Below, piece after piece: positions 49,659-63,392 of a DNA stretch of 64,000 bases (the first letter of the stretch is position 1; every line of letters starts with the position of its first letter). Source of the DNA: Marsupella aquatica (taxonomy: Eukaryota > Plantae > Marchantiophyta). A program made the translations under genes and the position numbers. The DNA is taken from assembly GCA_973895155.1 (NCBI GenBank), contig OZ316899.1, positions 16,395,974-16,459,973 on the forward strand, in the 5' to 3' direction. Below the pieces are notes generated by a model. The model did no database searches, was not told the DNA's origin, and saw only the letters and a list, made by a program, of their open reading frames with translations.

Positions 49659-51584
49659 GTACCAGACCACATAGTTTTGAGTGCTTTCTTCAGAGCGATG
49701 GACCCTTTCCTTTCTGATGATGGCATGCTTGCAATCTTGTATTCAGATGACCACGACCAGGTATCGCAGGTCATTGCAACATGCCAGCAGTCAAAAAAGT
49801 TCCATTGTGTCAATTCTCACAATGTTGTCATGTCTGTGCCCATGTACAGATCAAAGACCGATATTCAGGTACATATCATTGCATCCCTTCTTTATTGTTA
49901 GCGCCCGGTGCTACTTTAGTTTTTGCTGTAGTCCTCTAGACATTACCCATTGGTTGATAATTTTACAATTTGGATCGCAATGCGTGCAGGTATTTACCCT
50001 CAGGCTAGACATATTTTGCCGCATTTCTTCAAAGGGAAAGGTACCAAAGGATCCAAGGTTTAAGCCTTTATCAATAACTGAAGATCCTTTGATCTCTAAC
50101 TTGATTGGGCTCCCAACTTTGAAGACAGATCATTGCTCGGAATTGGAATTTGCTGGGAACGCATGTCTTTTAGTTGGTTTTATGCAGTCGGTGATAGAGC
50201 TTTTTACTCTTCCTAGAGATATTGTCCTTGACTGGACTGTAGGTTCAGGAAGCACATTCATTGCTGGGGATTTTTCTGGTCGTTTTGTGATTGGGTTGGA
50301 AAATAGGCGTGAGTTTGTTGAGACTGCATCAAGGGTTTTCTTAGAACTTCTTGATCCCAAGCATGTTCCAATATTGCCTCCTCCCCCGACCCATATAAGT
50401 GGTCGCAAAAATAAAGATAGGCTCCGCTCTGTTCTCAACTTTGATTCCAATGAAGAGGAAGATACTCCTGGAGACGTTGGAGATGATACAAAGAAACCCC
50501 AGGAGGAAGATTCTTTGGAGAAGAGCAAAGACTCAGACGAGTAATGTTCTTCCAGTAAGCTTTCTGTTTTTATTTTGTCGTATTCGGTGAACTGCCTTCC
50601 AACGGTCACAGTTCTTTGCCTCTTATTTATAGACTTTATGTTGTGGTAGTTCGGTATTTCTCGAAGAGACCATTCATTGACAGCCATCGCAAACTTATGT
50701 GGAGTTCCGGCTAGATGGTTTCCGGCAAGACCCTGATTGGGAGGGCTGGAATAGACAATGATTGTCAATTGACCAACAATGGATAGTTATGCACCAATCT
50801 CAGGAGTACTTTTGGAACTCTAGTGGGATTAGAGTAGTAGCGCTAGGCGCTAGTGAAAGGTTTTGGTGAACAATTACTGAGTTAAATAGCGTTCCAAGAT
50901 CGAACATTTTTTGTTGACAATTTTTAGATTTTCATGAGGACTTTCTCTTGGGAACCCTGAATCTGTCAGGATTTTGATCGACATGTAACTGACGGGGATT
51001 TCTTGACGTGTTTGTAAAGATGACACACCGCAATACTAGTTAACTGTACATACAGTTTTGATTGCTTGGATCCACATCTTCAATCATGATCATGGTTACG
51101 TAGTCTGATTGTATATAGGCCTTTGTTTTCTTTTTGGACGTATACTTTGGTGTCGGTCTTGGAATTCTTAAAGGGTCCAAACATTTCATAACCCCCTTCA
51201 TTAAATATCCTCCAAGTGTGCAACTGGTATATATTATAGACTCTTCACAGCGCCCGGCGCTAGCATTAGCCTTGGAGGATAATGCTCATTTCCATGCTGA
51301 AATTCACAAGTTTGATATATTTTTACCCTTTTGACCGTGAAACTTCCTGCTACCAATTTCTTACATATACTCCTGTTTGTTGTTTTGGTGTCTTTTGTAA
51401 ACACCTCACCATCGGCTCTAGTTTTACCAGCGCCGGGCGCTAGCAAAAAAAAATTCAAAATAAAATTTCCAAAAAAACATCCCCCCAAAAAGCCATCCAT
51501 TTCCGTGTTACCAGTGTTTTTCCCTGTTACCAGTTTCTGTTATGGACTTCTGTTTCCTATTTTGTTGCCTTTTGTAAACACCTC
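49659..51584 (+). mobile_element. Mutator-like element copy 3, right-hand fragment (MTase C-terminal exons to terminus), more diverged
   Basis: Begins mid-MTase immediately after the CACTA terminus; DIVLDWTVGSGST; ends TTTGTAAACACCTC; four palindromes. Confidence 0.85.
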
Positions 51585-54500
51585 GTCTCTTCACTGTCCA
51601 AGCTACTAGCATGTTGCTGATAAGGTGATGAAGCCTCTCCAAGGCCTGTTGTACTTGCTGATTTGAATTGGTCCACACCATGAAACTCAGAAATAATGTC
51701 AGCAGCGTTACAAGGGACCTCCTCCCCCCCGACACTTGGACTGAAGTGGTGAGTGTTGAACAGAGGTAAGTGCACCTGGTCTGGATGCCATGTAGTAGCA
51801 CCATGGAGTGGTAGAGTTGGAACTCCAAATGTTGGATGAATGTACATCTGAAAAGGATACAAGTGACAAGAAGCCAAGTGAGAGCATTGAGATCCATGAC
51901 CCTGACAAGTAAAGCATTCCTGGCCAATCTGGTGATTTTGGTGTGGTCTGTAGTACCGGGTTGGAAGCCCATAGCCCGTTCTCTCTCCTCAGGAGTAGGT
52001 TCATCCCATGTACCGGTAGAATGTCAATAAACCAGGCCAAGACCATCACCCTAGAAAGCATGTGCACCTGAAAAGGACACAAATGTGGGGCTCTCCAATG
52101 GTATTGGTTGGATACCAAGGTGCTAACTCTTGCCATGTAACTGATTGGCAAGAACTTTCAAGATCCAAAATCTGGTCAACTGTGAGGTTAGTGTCCTTGG
52201 ATGTGTGGTGAAGAGCTAACTCCAACAATGATGGTGGTGCACGGTTAGTCCAAAAGTTACGAAGATGATGTGCATAAAACCACAGTGCACTGCATCAATG
52301 AGAAGGGGTGGTCCCAAGTAGTGTTGGACCACACTGAAATCCTCTTTGACTTATGGACGCTGGTCAAATTGAGATGAAATATTCTCAATGATATAACCAA
52401 CAATAGGGTAAAGGGATTGAGCCCAGGTGAGAACCTGAACCAATGCTGTGAAAAGGCCAGAATGAGAATCATGCAGTCCAGCACCGTGACCAGCAGTTGA
52501 AAACCCTTGGCATTCCCAACCAACTATGATCAAATCAAGGGAGCCAAGAAGGGTTAAGTGCCGTTCTGGACAAGCTGGATATTTGGAGGGAAGAAAGAAA
52601 ATGCAGACTTCCATGCACTGCGTGGAAATTGTTGGGGAAATCGCTCTAAAAATTCTAGCAGGCAGGATTTAGCCACTTGCCTTGCACTTGGATCAATGTC
52701 CACATAGATGTACTGCTTCACCACCATGCTAGATTGTAGGAGAGCTTCCAGGCCTATAGAAGTGCCACCAAAAGCTCAAGCAATGTAAGGCCATGCGGAG
52801 GAGGAATCCATGTAATTGGAACGCTCAAGATTGGAGCTATTGGCTGTCCATATATTGCGCTGCCCAAGATTGTCAAACATGCACAATTCAGCCACCAAAG
52901 GTCCATGGGTTGCCTGAAGCCGTTGTACCACCTCTGGTTGATGATCCACGTTGCTAGAAAGTGCTGCTATACGTGCAACAGCATGTGCATCAGCCACCTC
53001 ATTGTCATCCTCCTCAATCCGATCTTGTAATGGGTGGTTGACATAGGTAGTTGTGTGCACTTCTTTCAACACACAAAGGTGAGCCATGGTGTATGGGCAC
53101 CATGTAGATCAAGGGAATGTAGCATAAGTGCAAGCCACCAGTATGCCAATCAACTCTATAGTATGCATGCTCATGCCAATTGTCAATGATGAAACCTGGT
53201 GGGAACAAAGCCTCCTGGCCAATGAGCACATCACACGTAGTGGCAGTTGTAACCAAGCATCTGATTGGGAGCTGAAGCTCCTGATCTGTACCTCCATTAA
53301 AAGTAAGAGTGAGTAAATTAGAACTCTCACCCAACATGTCCTCCACAATGCCACTAACAGTCCAAATGTGCCACCTAGATTGTTGTAAATTATCAATCAG
53401 AAGTCCCATCTTCTTGGCAAACAGAATGCCCAAGATCACTAGTTGAGCGCCTGTGTCTATCATGACTACCTAAGGAGTGTGACCCTCCAACTTGACCACT
53501 GAATTTCTGTTGTCAACAATGGCAATGGTGGTGGAAACTGAAGTCCTATCACTAGGCACCACTTTTGGCAAATGATGAGGTACCTTGTGAAGGGAGTTAG
53601 TGTCCACGGTCTTCCCACTCAACAACATAGCCAAGGAAAGATGGAGCAGCATCAAGTATAATTCTGGTCACACAATCAGCAGCAATCGGTACTGGGACAG
53701 CCAAAGCAGTGGAAGCATGTAATGGAGGAGAAGAAGGTCTAGTATGTACATGAGCTTGGACCTCCAAACCGGTGTCACAAGGGCTGATGAAGAATGCAGT
53801 GAGCCCTCTAGTGCTCTGATTACAGCTCTCGCATCTAGCTGTAAATTATGGAGTTGTAAGAATCCGCTGTGCCATACCGGAGGTGAAATGCTCAAGCAGC
53901 TCAGGAGAAATAACACCCTGTGTAAGGTCAGCAGCACCTGGTGGTGTAATGGATGTAGCTGCAGCTCCCTCCCCCCTTGCCAACAAGGTGTGCTCTTCAA
54001 CAAGTGTGGGTGGCTGAAAAGATTGGGGCATGACAGCCCAAGCTCTCCTGGCTCTAGTCATAAGACCGGCAGCAAGACCATCAACCTGTACAATGCGGTG
54101 TGTGGGAGCAGTATGGGAGAGTCGCAAAACTCAACTACCTTAACACTTAGCTCCGGCATCGCTAATTCCAACGCCAAGCTCCCTTATGGTCTAGGCCCGG
54201 ATAGGCCATCCGGGGAGGACTTAGCATGGGGAGACTTGTAGGCAATGAGACGTGGCACTGACGAAGGCAAGGCGCCAAGTTGGTGAGACACACTAAGGAT
54301 TTAGACTAGCTGAGAGCTGGTTGGGTCAAGGGAAAAGGATCAGGCTCAAAGTTGACTGTTCGGACCCCCAGACGGACTTTGAGTTTGGAGGGCTTGAGTG
54401 AGAGCTCCTCGTGGGCCCAAGGCCAATGGAGTTGACGCCATAGGCAACAGACGCTTGGGGCGCAAGTTATGGTCTGATCCGGGTTTGGCCAATCGGGGGC

Positions 54501-55010
54501 CCCGATTGGCGATGAGATCTGAGGGCCTAGGCATGAGCACTGGGTTGGTCCAATCACAACAGGCTAAGGCACTCCACTGGCAGACGACTAACTATGAAGT
54601 TATGGGCGTTGCCAATTGGGGCGCGCCCATACATGTGAGATAGGGTCCGGGTTGGGGACCAAAATTTTGAGGACCAAAGGTGTTCTGGGGGTGGCAGGTC
54701 TCCAAAAGCATATACAAGGGGAGTGGTGTCTCCCTGGGGGCTAAGGGCGAGCCAAAGTCGTGAGCCACGGTGGTTGCAACACTAAGGGAAAATGCCAAAC
54801 GGAAATGATGACAACTTCCCAAAGTCCGTTAGACGATTTCTTTGGTGCGTTGGAAAGCTCTTGAGGAGGGCTACACCCTCCCAAGCTTAGTTGGGTCTGG
54901 GGGTGCCGTAGTTTCTCAAGGTTTGCGGGTGTTATCTCACCCACTTGCCAAATCCTGCCGAAACAACAGCCAAGCGGTGTTCAGTCTCTCAAAGGAGCTT
55001 GCGTTGGGAA
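51585..55010 (-). mobile_element. Decayed retroelement internal region (putative gag region, aspartic protease, C5-methyltransferase)
   Basis: VMIDTGAQLVILG...CDVLIG protease at ~53100-53470, followed by DNMT motifs. RT not in the window. Confidence 0.65.
51860..52790 (-). pseudogene. DNMT3-like cytosine-5 methyltransferase domain
   Basis: LLEL(F)GG (I), YIYVDID (II), DLIIVGWECQGFSTAG (IV), YIIEN (VI), IDAVHCG..AHHLRNFWTN (VIII), EERERAMGF..GTT...ARNALL (IX/X); frameshifted. Confidence 0.8.
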
Positions 55011-55852
55011 CACTAGAAGAATCCGAGGTGAACTGAGACCGCAATATGTGACTCATTTTGGCTCATGTGACTTCATTGTGACTCAACGTGACTTGACCCA
55101 CGCTGTGACCCTTGGAGTTGCAAAAGTTGAGACCAAAAAATGGAAGTCACTATTGATACTGGGCTTTGCAACTTGCTTGATACCCATTTGTGACTGATCT
55201 GTGACTTTATTGTGGAGTCTAGCCTTGTTTTGACGTGACTGCAATATGACTTCAGCGAGTCACATCGTAAGTCACATACATGACTTACCCGCATTCAACA
55301 ACGACTAGCGTGTGACCATTTAGTGTCACAGGAGAGACCAATGGAGACCCTGGCCCGCGTCACACAACAGAACCATTTGGGACTCTATATACTCATGTTT
55401 ATAACTAATAAGGTTCACATGCAAGTTATAACCATGACTAATGAACACAGAGGGGCAGTTCATAAGGAGAGAGAGCACTCGACATTACAATACATAGAAA
55501 CCTGATGTTCTAACTTTAGAAATATAACACATTGAATACAAGAAATGAACATAGCATGAATGACATCCACATGAAACAAAGCATCATATATAAAACATTC
55601 ATAAGAATTAAACACAATCACAATCTTGCTAAAAAATGAAGATCATTTGAATTCCAATGGAATAGTTTACAATGTGATCAATGTAATTCAGACAAAACAG
55701 GAACTCATAATTGATGACTGCAGGATGAGATAACTGAAAGCACATGCATGATACTATGAATCTCCAAGAGGACATGATTCTTGTACTGCTTCTTGACATC
55801 TAAAATCTACATAACATGACTCACACTACAAACAAATAATGGCATGACATTG

Positions 55853-58800
55853 TTATGGATCCTCTATGAACTTGCTTGGCCATAATACCAAAGAACCTGC
55901 AGCATCTCCAAGTGTCTTTTGAGGAGGATCATCATTTGTGTTTGGAATGGGAAGGACAGCTTTAGGTTTCACTAGTAATGTGACTAACACTACTGAATAA
56001 CCTGGGGGAATCCTCTTGCCATGGAACGTTGTGGAACCAACCTGCACTCTGCCAAATCCTACTCGTGTTCCACTCTCATCAAGAGCTAACAAGCCACTTT
56101 GTCCCTCAGCATTACGTGCTTTCCCCACTTCCACTTTAGATCTTTCTGCCAGCACCGTTCTTGGAGGTTTGTATGAAACCTTTGACGTGGCTCTGCTCCC
56201 ACCAGCAGACTTGCTTCGTGTGCGCATGCTTCCTCTCTTCACAGTAGTGAAGCTAGGCTTAGTAGGTTCCTCTGTTAGGACTGTCACAGTAGCAGGTTCA
56301 TCACCTGGGAGTGTCATACCAACTAACTCTTTGGTTGGATTTATCTCAACAAGAGGCACACCTGTCATTGAGAATGATACATTTTGCAAATCATTTATCT
56401 CTACAATGGAGTCAAGATCTACATAGCATGAATCTGGCTCAATGGTATCATTGTCATGCTTGCTGATATCCTCATTTGCCCCAACATTGATATCATCCAC
56501 TCCCTTGCCAATGTCATCCTCATCCAAACATGGTTGACTGCCCTCTGTCAAACAAGTTGCTTGTACAGACTGCAACTTTGTTGCCTCTAAATTACAGCGA
56601 GTATTTGCCAGGTTCTCATACTTCTTCTCTGTAGCACCTGTCTTATTCTCTATGGACACAACAACCACAATATATGTTACTGAAAATAACACATTCAACA
56701 AACAATGTCAATTCAAACTATACATTTAATAATCATATCCCACACAGTTGTAAAGGCCTTACCTTCAAGCCTACATGTCGTTGGCATGCCAGAAGAGTGC
56801 ATCGACTTTGCCACCTCAAGTGGTGATGGTGGAACTCCTGCAGAATTGGAATCAATTTTCTCTCACCGACACAACAGTTTCCATTAATGTCTTGAAGTTC
56901 ACATGGAACAAGTCAGTCAATGAATTCAAACGTTCATTGATCTTTGGAAGACATGTTTCGACAGCCTTCAAACGACCACTTATCTCTGTAAGTGAAGATC
57001 CACCTCCCTACATGACACAGGGGTATAGGTTCAATCACTCCATATGAAATGTTGGGCAATATATGCACAATCAATGTTATATACAGTGTACACCTGAAAT
57101 TCAACGCAGGTCATTCAATTACCAATCAGAACTCATATAACTTACATGCTTGGAGGATTCAGATGCACCCTCTTGAGCCCGGGTGTTCACAATTTCAGCC
57201 CTCAACTCTTCTTTTGAAGGGCTTTGCCCCAATTGGGCTTTCTGCACATGCATGGCAAACACAAGTTATCGATCAATATTCAGGGAACGTACACTAAAAA
57301 ACAAAGTTTACATGTATGGGTTTACACTAAAAAACAGTACATAGTGTAGCATAAATTACATAGCTAGGCCATTCATTCTTACCAAACGTTTAGCTGTCGG
57401 TGCAGTGCCGGTCCTTCCTGTCAGATTAGGGTTCTGAACACTCAACCTGGCCTCGGTCATCTGTGAACTCTTCTTTTTTGAAGCATCTGTTACAAAATAA
57501 GCTACTAACCTTGCCCACACTTTATCATCACAACTGGCTGGTGGAGGCATATCTGGCTTCTCCCCACCTTCCTTCCAAGCCTTATGCATTCTCCACCTCT
57601 CTTGCTTGATGATTTTACCTGCTGTACTCTCTAGGCAACCTATGTCCACGCCATCATCACTGCCCACATAATTCCATTTGGCAGCAACATTTTCACATAC
57701 AGTCTTCCAATCTTTTGGATGCTGTTTTTTAAAATTAATAACACTCACATCTAACCAACGCAATACTTCAGCTTTCAAATCAGCATGCCATCGGTTCTTG
57801 CGAGGACACTCAGCATCCACCCATTGTCTCTCATTCAACTTTACGTTCCCTTTCTTTGTCACCTCCCCTCGTGCACTGCTCTCGGTAGTACTGGGCGTTG
57901 TATTGGCCACCCCTTCATTCACCCTACCTGGGGTTCTGAAGCCACCTGGGAAAATACAATGCCATTCATGCTTGAGAACTACATATAGCAGAATGGATGA
58001 CGGCAACATTCAATGCTTCACTTCAAGAAAAATTCTTCAAACATACATACCTGTAGCTCTGCCTGTAGATGCCTGTGCAGGGACTGCACTCTGAAATTGT
58101 TGCGACCCTGGACCACCTGTCCAGCCTAGTACAGGGGCCGGATGATGTCACTTTCTAGGTATGTGTGTGCAAACATATGTACTGAAAACTAAGTACAAAC
58201 TATAGGAAAACAACTGAACATTCACCGACATACCTGTCCCCCTTCCGTGCTGCATCTGCATAGGGGCATTAGTGAATACTTGAGTCGATGGTTCGACTGT
58301 CCAACCTGCACACATACATTTTCTATCATTATACATGTGCAGAGTCCCCCCCACGTGAATGGACTCCAGATATAATGAGTTCTTCCATTGCTGACAAGAT
58401 CAGACATTACCTGCCCCTCTTCCAGCGTTTGTAGGTACTGTATTTTGATATCCCTGCCAATTACCTTCACCACCTTCCCAACCTTGTTCATTCCACGACC
58501 CACCACCATCCTCCCAACCTGGTTCAACCCATGTCTGTCCTTGTGGACATTGGAACTGATCATTACTAGCATTTGCCCAATCAGGTTGGGCAGAATCTGC
58601 ATGCAATGGCAGGTGGACAGAATTTCATGTTGTCTGAATCCAATACATCCCAAACAATGTCAAAAATTGATATGCAGTCTGAAATTCAGGAGTGCCATGC
58701 CTTCACAAAGAACTGGCATATAGATATATACTCACATCCCCATGGTTGAGGTGGACGTCCATACCCACGAGATTGTGGGTTTGGACCTGCTCTGCCTCTA

Positions 58801-59580
58801 CCACGGGCATAACCTAGAGCTTGCCCCCTGCCATAGTATTGGGCACCAGCCTGGGATCTACCACTACTACCACCTTGCCAACCTTGATCAGAGGTCAGCC
58901 CCCCCTACTGGTATGGTGCATGCACAGGCTTCGAAGGCAAAACAGAACTGGCAGGACACTGCATCACATCACCAACTACAATGTCAGGAACTAAGCAAGG
59001 TACATATGTGTAGTACTGAACATATGAAACCTCTAAACAAGAGTTTTTAACTCAAAACCTTGTTGGGAAAACTACTTACCTGTTTCTTTTGGGGCTGCTC
59101 TGCAATGTATTCATCTTCATAACCCCCATCCTCATCCATTTCCTCTGGAAAATACTCATCATCTGCATCTTCTTGTGTAGTGTCTGCACCCACCTGTGCA
59201 GCATCAATGTCATCTCCACATTCTGCCATTGTAGGTACGACCTTCTTGCTCAACCTGTCACTCCGACGCACAGGCCCAGAGATAGTGCTGGTCACCCTTC
59301 TTGTGTACTCCTTTTGTTTTTTGAAAATGCTGTGGCTCTGCGACATTCCAATATGAGAATACAGTCACAATTTCAATGCCACATTGAACTATTCATGTCA
59401 CACAAACTCAGCGGAGGGGTGTAGTTGAGAATCGTTCCCTTACAATTCAGCCACATCCTTTTCCAGATCCAGTTCTGCGATTTTGGCTTTCACGTATGCT
59501 CGTTGTTCCATAGCTTTCCTTTCATACTCACACATCTCTGTGTCACTCTGTTCCATCCTACTGGACCACAAAAACATGTC
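55853..59580 (-). CDS. CACTA ORF2 (TnpA/TNP1-like), multi-exon
   Basis: CDDKVWARLVAYF...KKSSQMTEAR and GRVQVGSTTFHGKRIPPGYSVV...LPIPN...TLGDAAGSLVLWP. Confidence 0.7.
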
Positions 59581-59712
59581 ATCTATGATCACCCCGTATA
59601 ACACAATGCAACCACAATCACCAGGCATCCATCCATACATCTGTGTTGCTTCAAAATTACTTTATTACACATCCTTCCCCTCACTAATGTCCATGCAAAC
59701 AATTCACATTAC

Positions 59713-62700
59713 TCATGGCACAGGCACACTGTTGGCATCTGCATCTCTGAATTCACCTCCTTCAGCAAATGCATCTACCCTTGTCACAGGAATGAAGTCC
59801 CCGCTATCATGAACTACAGGCACTTGGTCTGAACGCCGACGATCAAAGGCACTATGAGAGTGTAAATGAAACTCAAGGTTTGATCCTTCCATCCGATGTT
59901 GCCTGGCCTGTTTATGACACACTACACGCCAACCTGGGGAGTCTTCCACATCCAGGAAGAAAGCTTGCTCCACCTGACTAGGAAACACAAATGGCTCAGA
60001 CCATTCGGGCAATTTCCCTCTGAAATTGGCCAGCAAGAAACCGTCGTTGTCTCTCTTCATGGTAGCCCTGTTACCAAGCCAATCCTGCCGCACCCATGAA
60101 CCTTTCATAAGAATCACAGGACTGGACACCGCCCCATAGTCCAGAGCCCATATGTCAACTAATTCTCCCACATATCCCATCTCCATCCAGGCCCTGTCGT
60201 GATTGTGGCTCTGTTGCTCAAATACAGTGATGAGCCCGCAGTCATTCGTCACCCTGTAGGCACTGTCACCATCCTTCACTCGAAAGTGATTCCCATATGC
60301 TCTCATCCATTTGTAAGTCTTCACTTTCAGGCTAGGGGCATTAGACAGTAGGTAAACATCTGCATCCATGTTTGGGTGGGTCTCGTGATGCTCTCTAATT
60401 GCCACTCTGATCCACTCCATGAAACCTGGAAAAGTTGTTCCTGCAGTGGGATGGGCCGCCTTCAATGACTCATACTCCCTGAACGAACAACCACACAACA
60501 TTAGCTTGGGTAAACATGAACAGGCTGAAGGAGAAAACCACACGAACACAACATTTAAGCTCATGAACTGGATTATAGCACATGTATGCACTCACTGTAT
60601 CCAGGGTTCCATCACCACAGTGTTGTGCAATACAAAGTCATGTGCCAAGTCTCTCATAGATATGGTCAGGTTCTTTGTGGTTGCAGCCCCTTCCAGTACT
60701 TCACCTATCACCCCTTCCTCCTCATCAGAATTCCACACCCTGGTCTTCACATGCTCATATTGTGCTATGTATTCGGTCAGAAATCCCAGAGTCTCATCCT
60801 TGATGTAACCTTTAGCCATGCTTGCTTCAGGTTTGTAATATGTTCTCACGTGACCTTTGAGTAGCTTCATGTACCGTTCCAAAGGGTACAACCAACGAGC
60901 ACTCACAGGCCCAAATTGGTGTAGCTCTTCCACAACATGGACAAGTAGGTGGGTCATGACATCAAAAAATGCGGGAGGAAAATAAATCTCCAGGTCACAC
61001 AGCACCTGAGCGACATCTTCTGTCAGTTGTGGGAAGTGTGTTTCATCCCAAACCTTCACACAAATACGACGAAACACATCACTGAGTCGCATGATCACAG
61101 TACGAACAGGCTTTTGCAACAGGCCCCTCAGGCATAAAGGCAACACCTGTTGCATCAACATATGGTAGTCATGGCTTTTCATACTACCAAGCTTTCTAGT
61201 CATGATATGCTTCTTGAAAGCACTGCCATAGTTTGAAGGAACCTTCAAAGAACTCAACCTCTGCACAAATAGTTCCCACTCTGTGTCTGTCAGAACATAG
61301 GGCGCTTGGTACTTCAAGAGCACATCAGCTCTGTCGGCATGTGGCCTCAACCAAAGATGGGGTTTCATTCCCCTCTGTTCAAGATCCAATCTCACTGAAC
61401 CAGTGTCTTTCTCTCCACACAAGAATCTGAGTAGACTCTCACAAATATTCTTTTCAATGTGCATAACATCAATGTTATGTTTGCTTGGCTCAAACTCCTG
61501 CATCGTTGCAATGCAAAAGCGTCAAGAAATGCCTCAAGTTTAGTCTCTCTCTTCAAAATGAATGCACATGCTCTGAACCAAAACATGTATCCCAATTAGC
61601 ATCAACTCCAAGAGGCTTACCCTCCAGTACTTGAGAGCTCCAAGTCCAATATGCTCAGTCTTTTTACACCATATCGCTTTATTGGATCACTCACTCCATC
61701 TTCCCTGCCCCCTCGTTTGATATAGTCATCCCTCAGTGCTCCCCACTGCCTGATCTCCTCTTTGGTCACTCGTGCCGGGGGTCCACGTTGCTCAATCTCA
61801 TTGCCAAAGTGTGCAATCAGTGCCTGTCTTTCTCTGTAAGGGTGATCTGCCTTCAGAAAACGACAATGGCCCATGTATATCACTCTCGGCAGGGCTCTGG
61901 AGTACTCACTGGTGACATTGCGCCCACAAATAGTACAAGCACAATATCCTTTTGTTGTTTGGCCTGATATCATCCCATGGGCTGGGTAGTCAGCTATAGT
62001 CAGAATGACAATGGCTCTAAGGATGAATGGGTTTAACCTCCCAAGCCTCTGTAGGACATCATATGTGAGAACTCCTTCCTCCCAAAGCTTTCTCAATTCC
62101 TCCACTAGGGAAGCCAGAAACACATCTATGTTGGCAGATACAGCACTGTCTGGCCCTGGTATCAGTAGGACCATCAGAACAAAAAATTGCTTTGTAGTCA
62201 TCCAAGGAGGAAGGTTATAATTCAAAATAGTTACAGGCCAGCACGAAAATTTGTTGTTCTTGTCTCCAAATGGGTTTACCCCATCCAATGACAGCCCAAG
62301 TCTGACATTCCTCGGCTCAGCAGCAAATTCGGGATACATCTCATCTATTAGTTTCCATTGCCTTGAATCTGTAGCATGTTGTTGTAGCCCATCATCACTT
62401 TTCTTGTCAGTTGCCCAAGTCATCATCTCCGAGATGGCACGGCTTCTGAACATCCACTGAAGTCTGGGAATGAGTGGAAAATGACGAAGTACCTTGGCGG
62501 GAACCATAGACTTTCCTGAGTTCCGATACCTGTGCTTCCCACACTTAGGGCATGTCAACGATTCTTTATACTCCTTTCTGAAAAGAACATGCCCATCAGG
62601 ACAGGCATGGATCGAATCATAGTTCAATCCAAGATTAGATATGCATCTTTTTGCCTTGTACATGTTCTTGGGCAAAATATTACCATCTAGTAGCACAGTT

Positions 62701-63392
62701 GTTCGCAAGAATGCCAACAACTCAGAAACCAAAACATTGGGGACATTGTGGTTGCCGCAAATGTTCAGGAACATGATGACAAATCCCAGTTTATAACATT
62801 TGCTACCGGGGTACAAAGACTTCCTGCCTTCCTGTATTTGCAGGGGAGAGCCAAACATCCCATCATGCCCAGGGGTTTCCTGCCCTATCTCAAACTCATC
62901 AAGAGGCTCTTCGACAGGGGGCACACTTGCATCTGCAGCCGTATCCTCTTCGTTGTCCAGCCCATCATGAAATGCATCCAAGTCTTGGAAGATGTCTCTC
63001 ACCATCTCTTCCACATGAATTCCTTCGTCACGTGGTGCTGCCTGAGCACCATCCCGTTGGAGAGCTGACAACCCACAGAGACCAGCTACAACATTTTCAA
63101 ATGCACTAGGCAGAACCTCACTTGCCCGTCTTGCAGCATTGGCAACATCAAATTCTAACCTCCACTCCTCGTCAGAAGAATCTTCCTCTGCAGGATCATT
63201 CCAAACTCGATGTCGTGGATCTCTTCCATGAACCGCGATATGCCGCCAAACCTCATTCAGACCCCTGGTACGGGATCCTTGGCAGATTGCACAAGGACAT
63301 CTCATCCTACTGGCTCCTGAAAGTCTGGTTCGTAACCTTTCACGCTGCCAAAGCTTATTATCATGGCGTGATATCCTTGTGGGATGATGCAA
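59713..63392 (-). CDS. CACTA TnpD transposase (Transposase_21, DUF4218- and DUF4216-like exons), near intact
   Basis: ORFs 61617-63392; 60592-61503 (IDVMHIEKNICES, MKSHDYH, FPPAFFDVMTHL, WLYPLERYM); 59713-60591 (EPFVFPSQVEQAFF). Confidence 0.9.
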
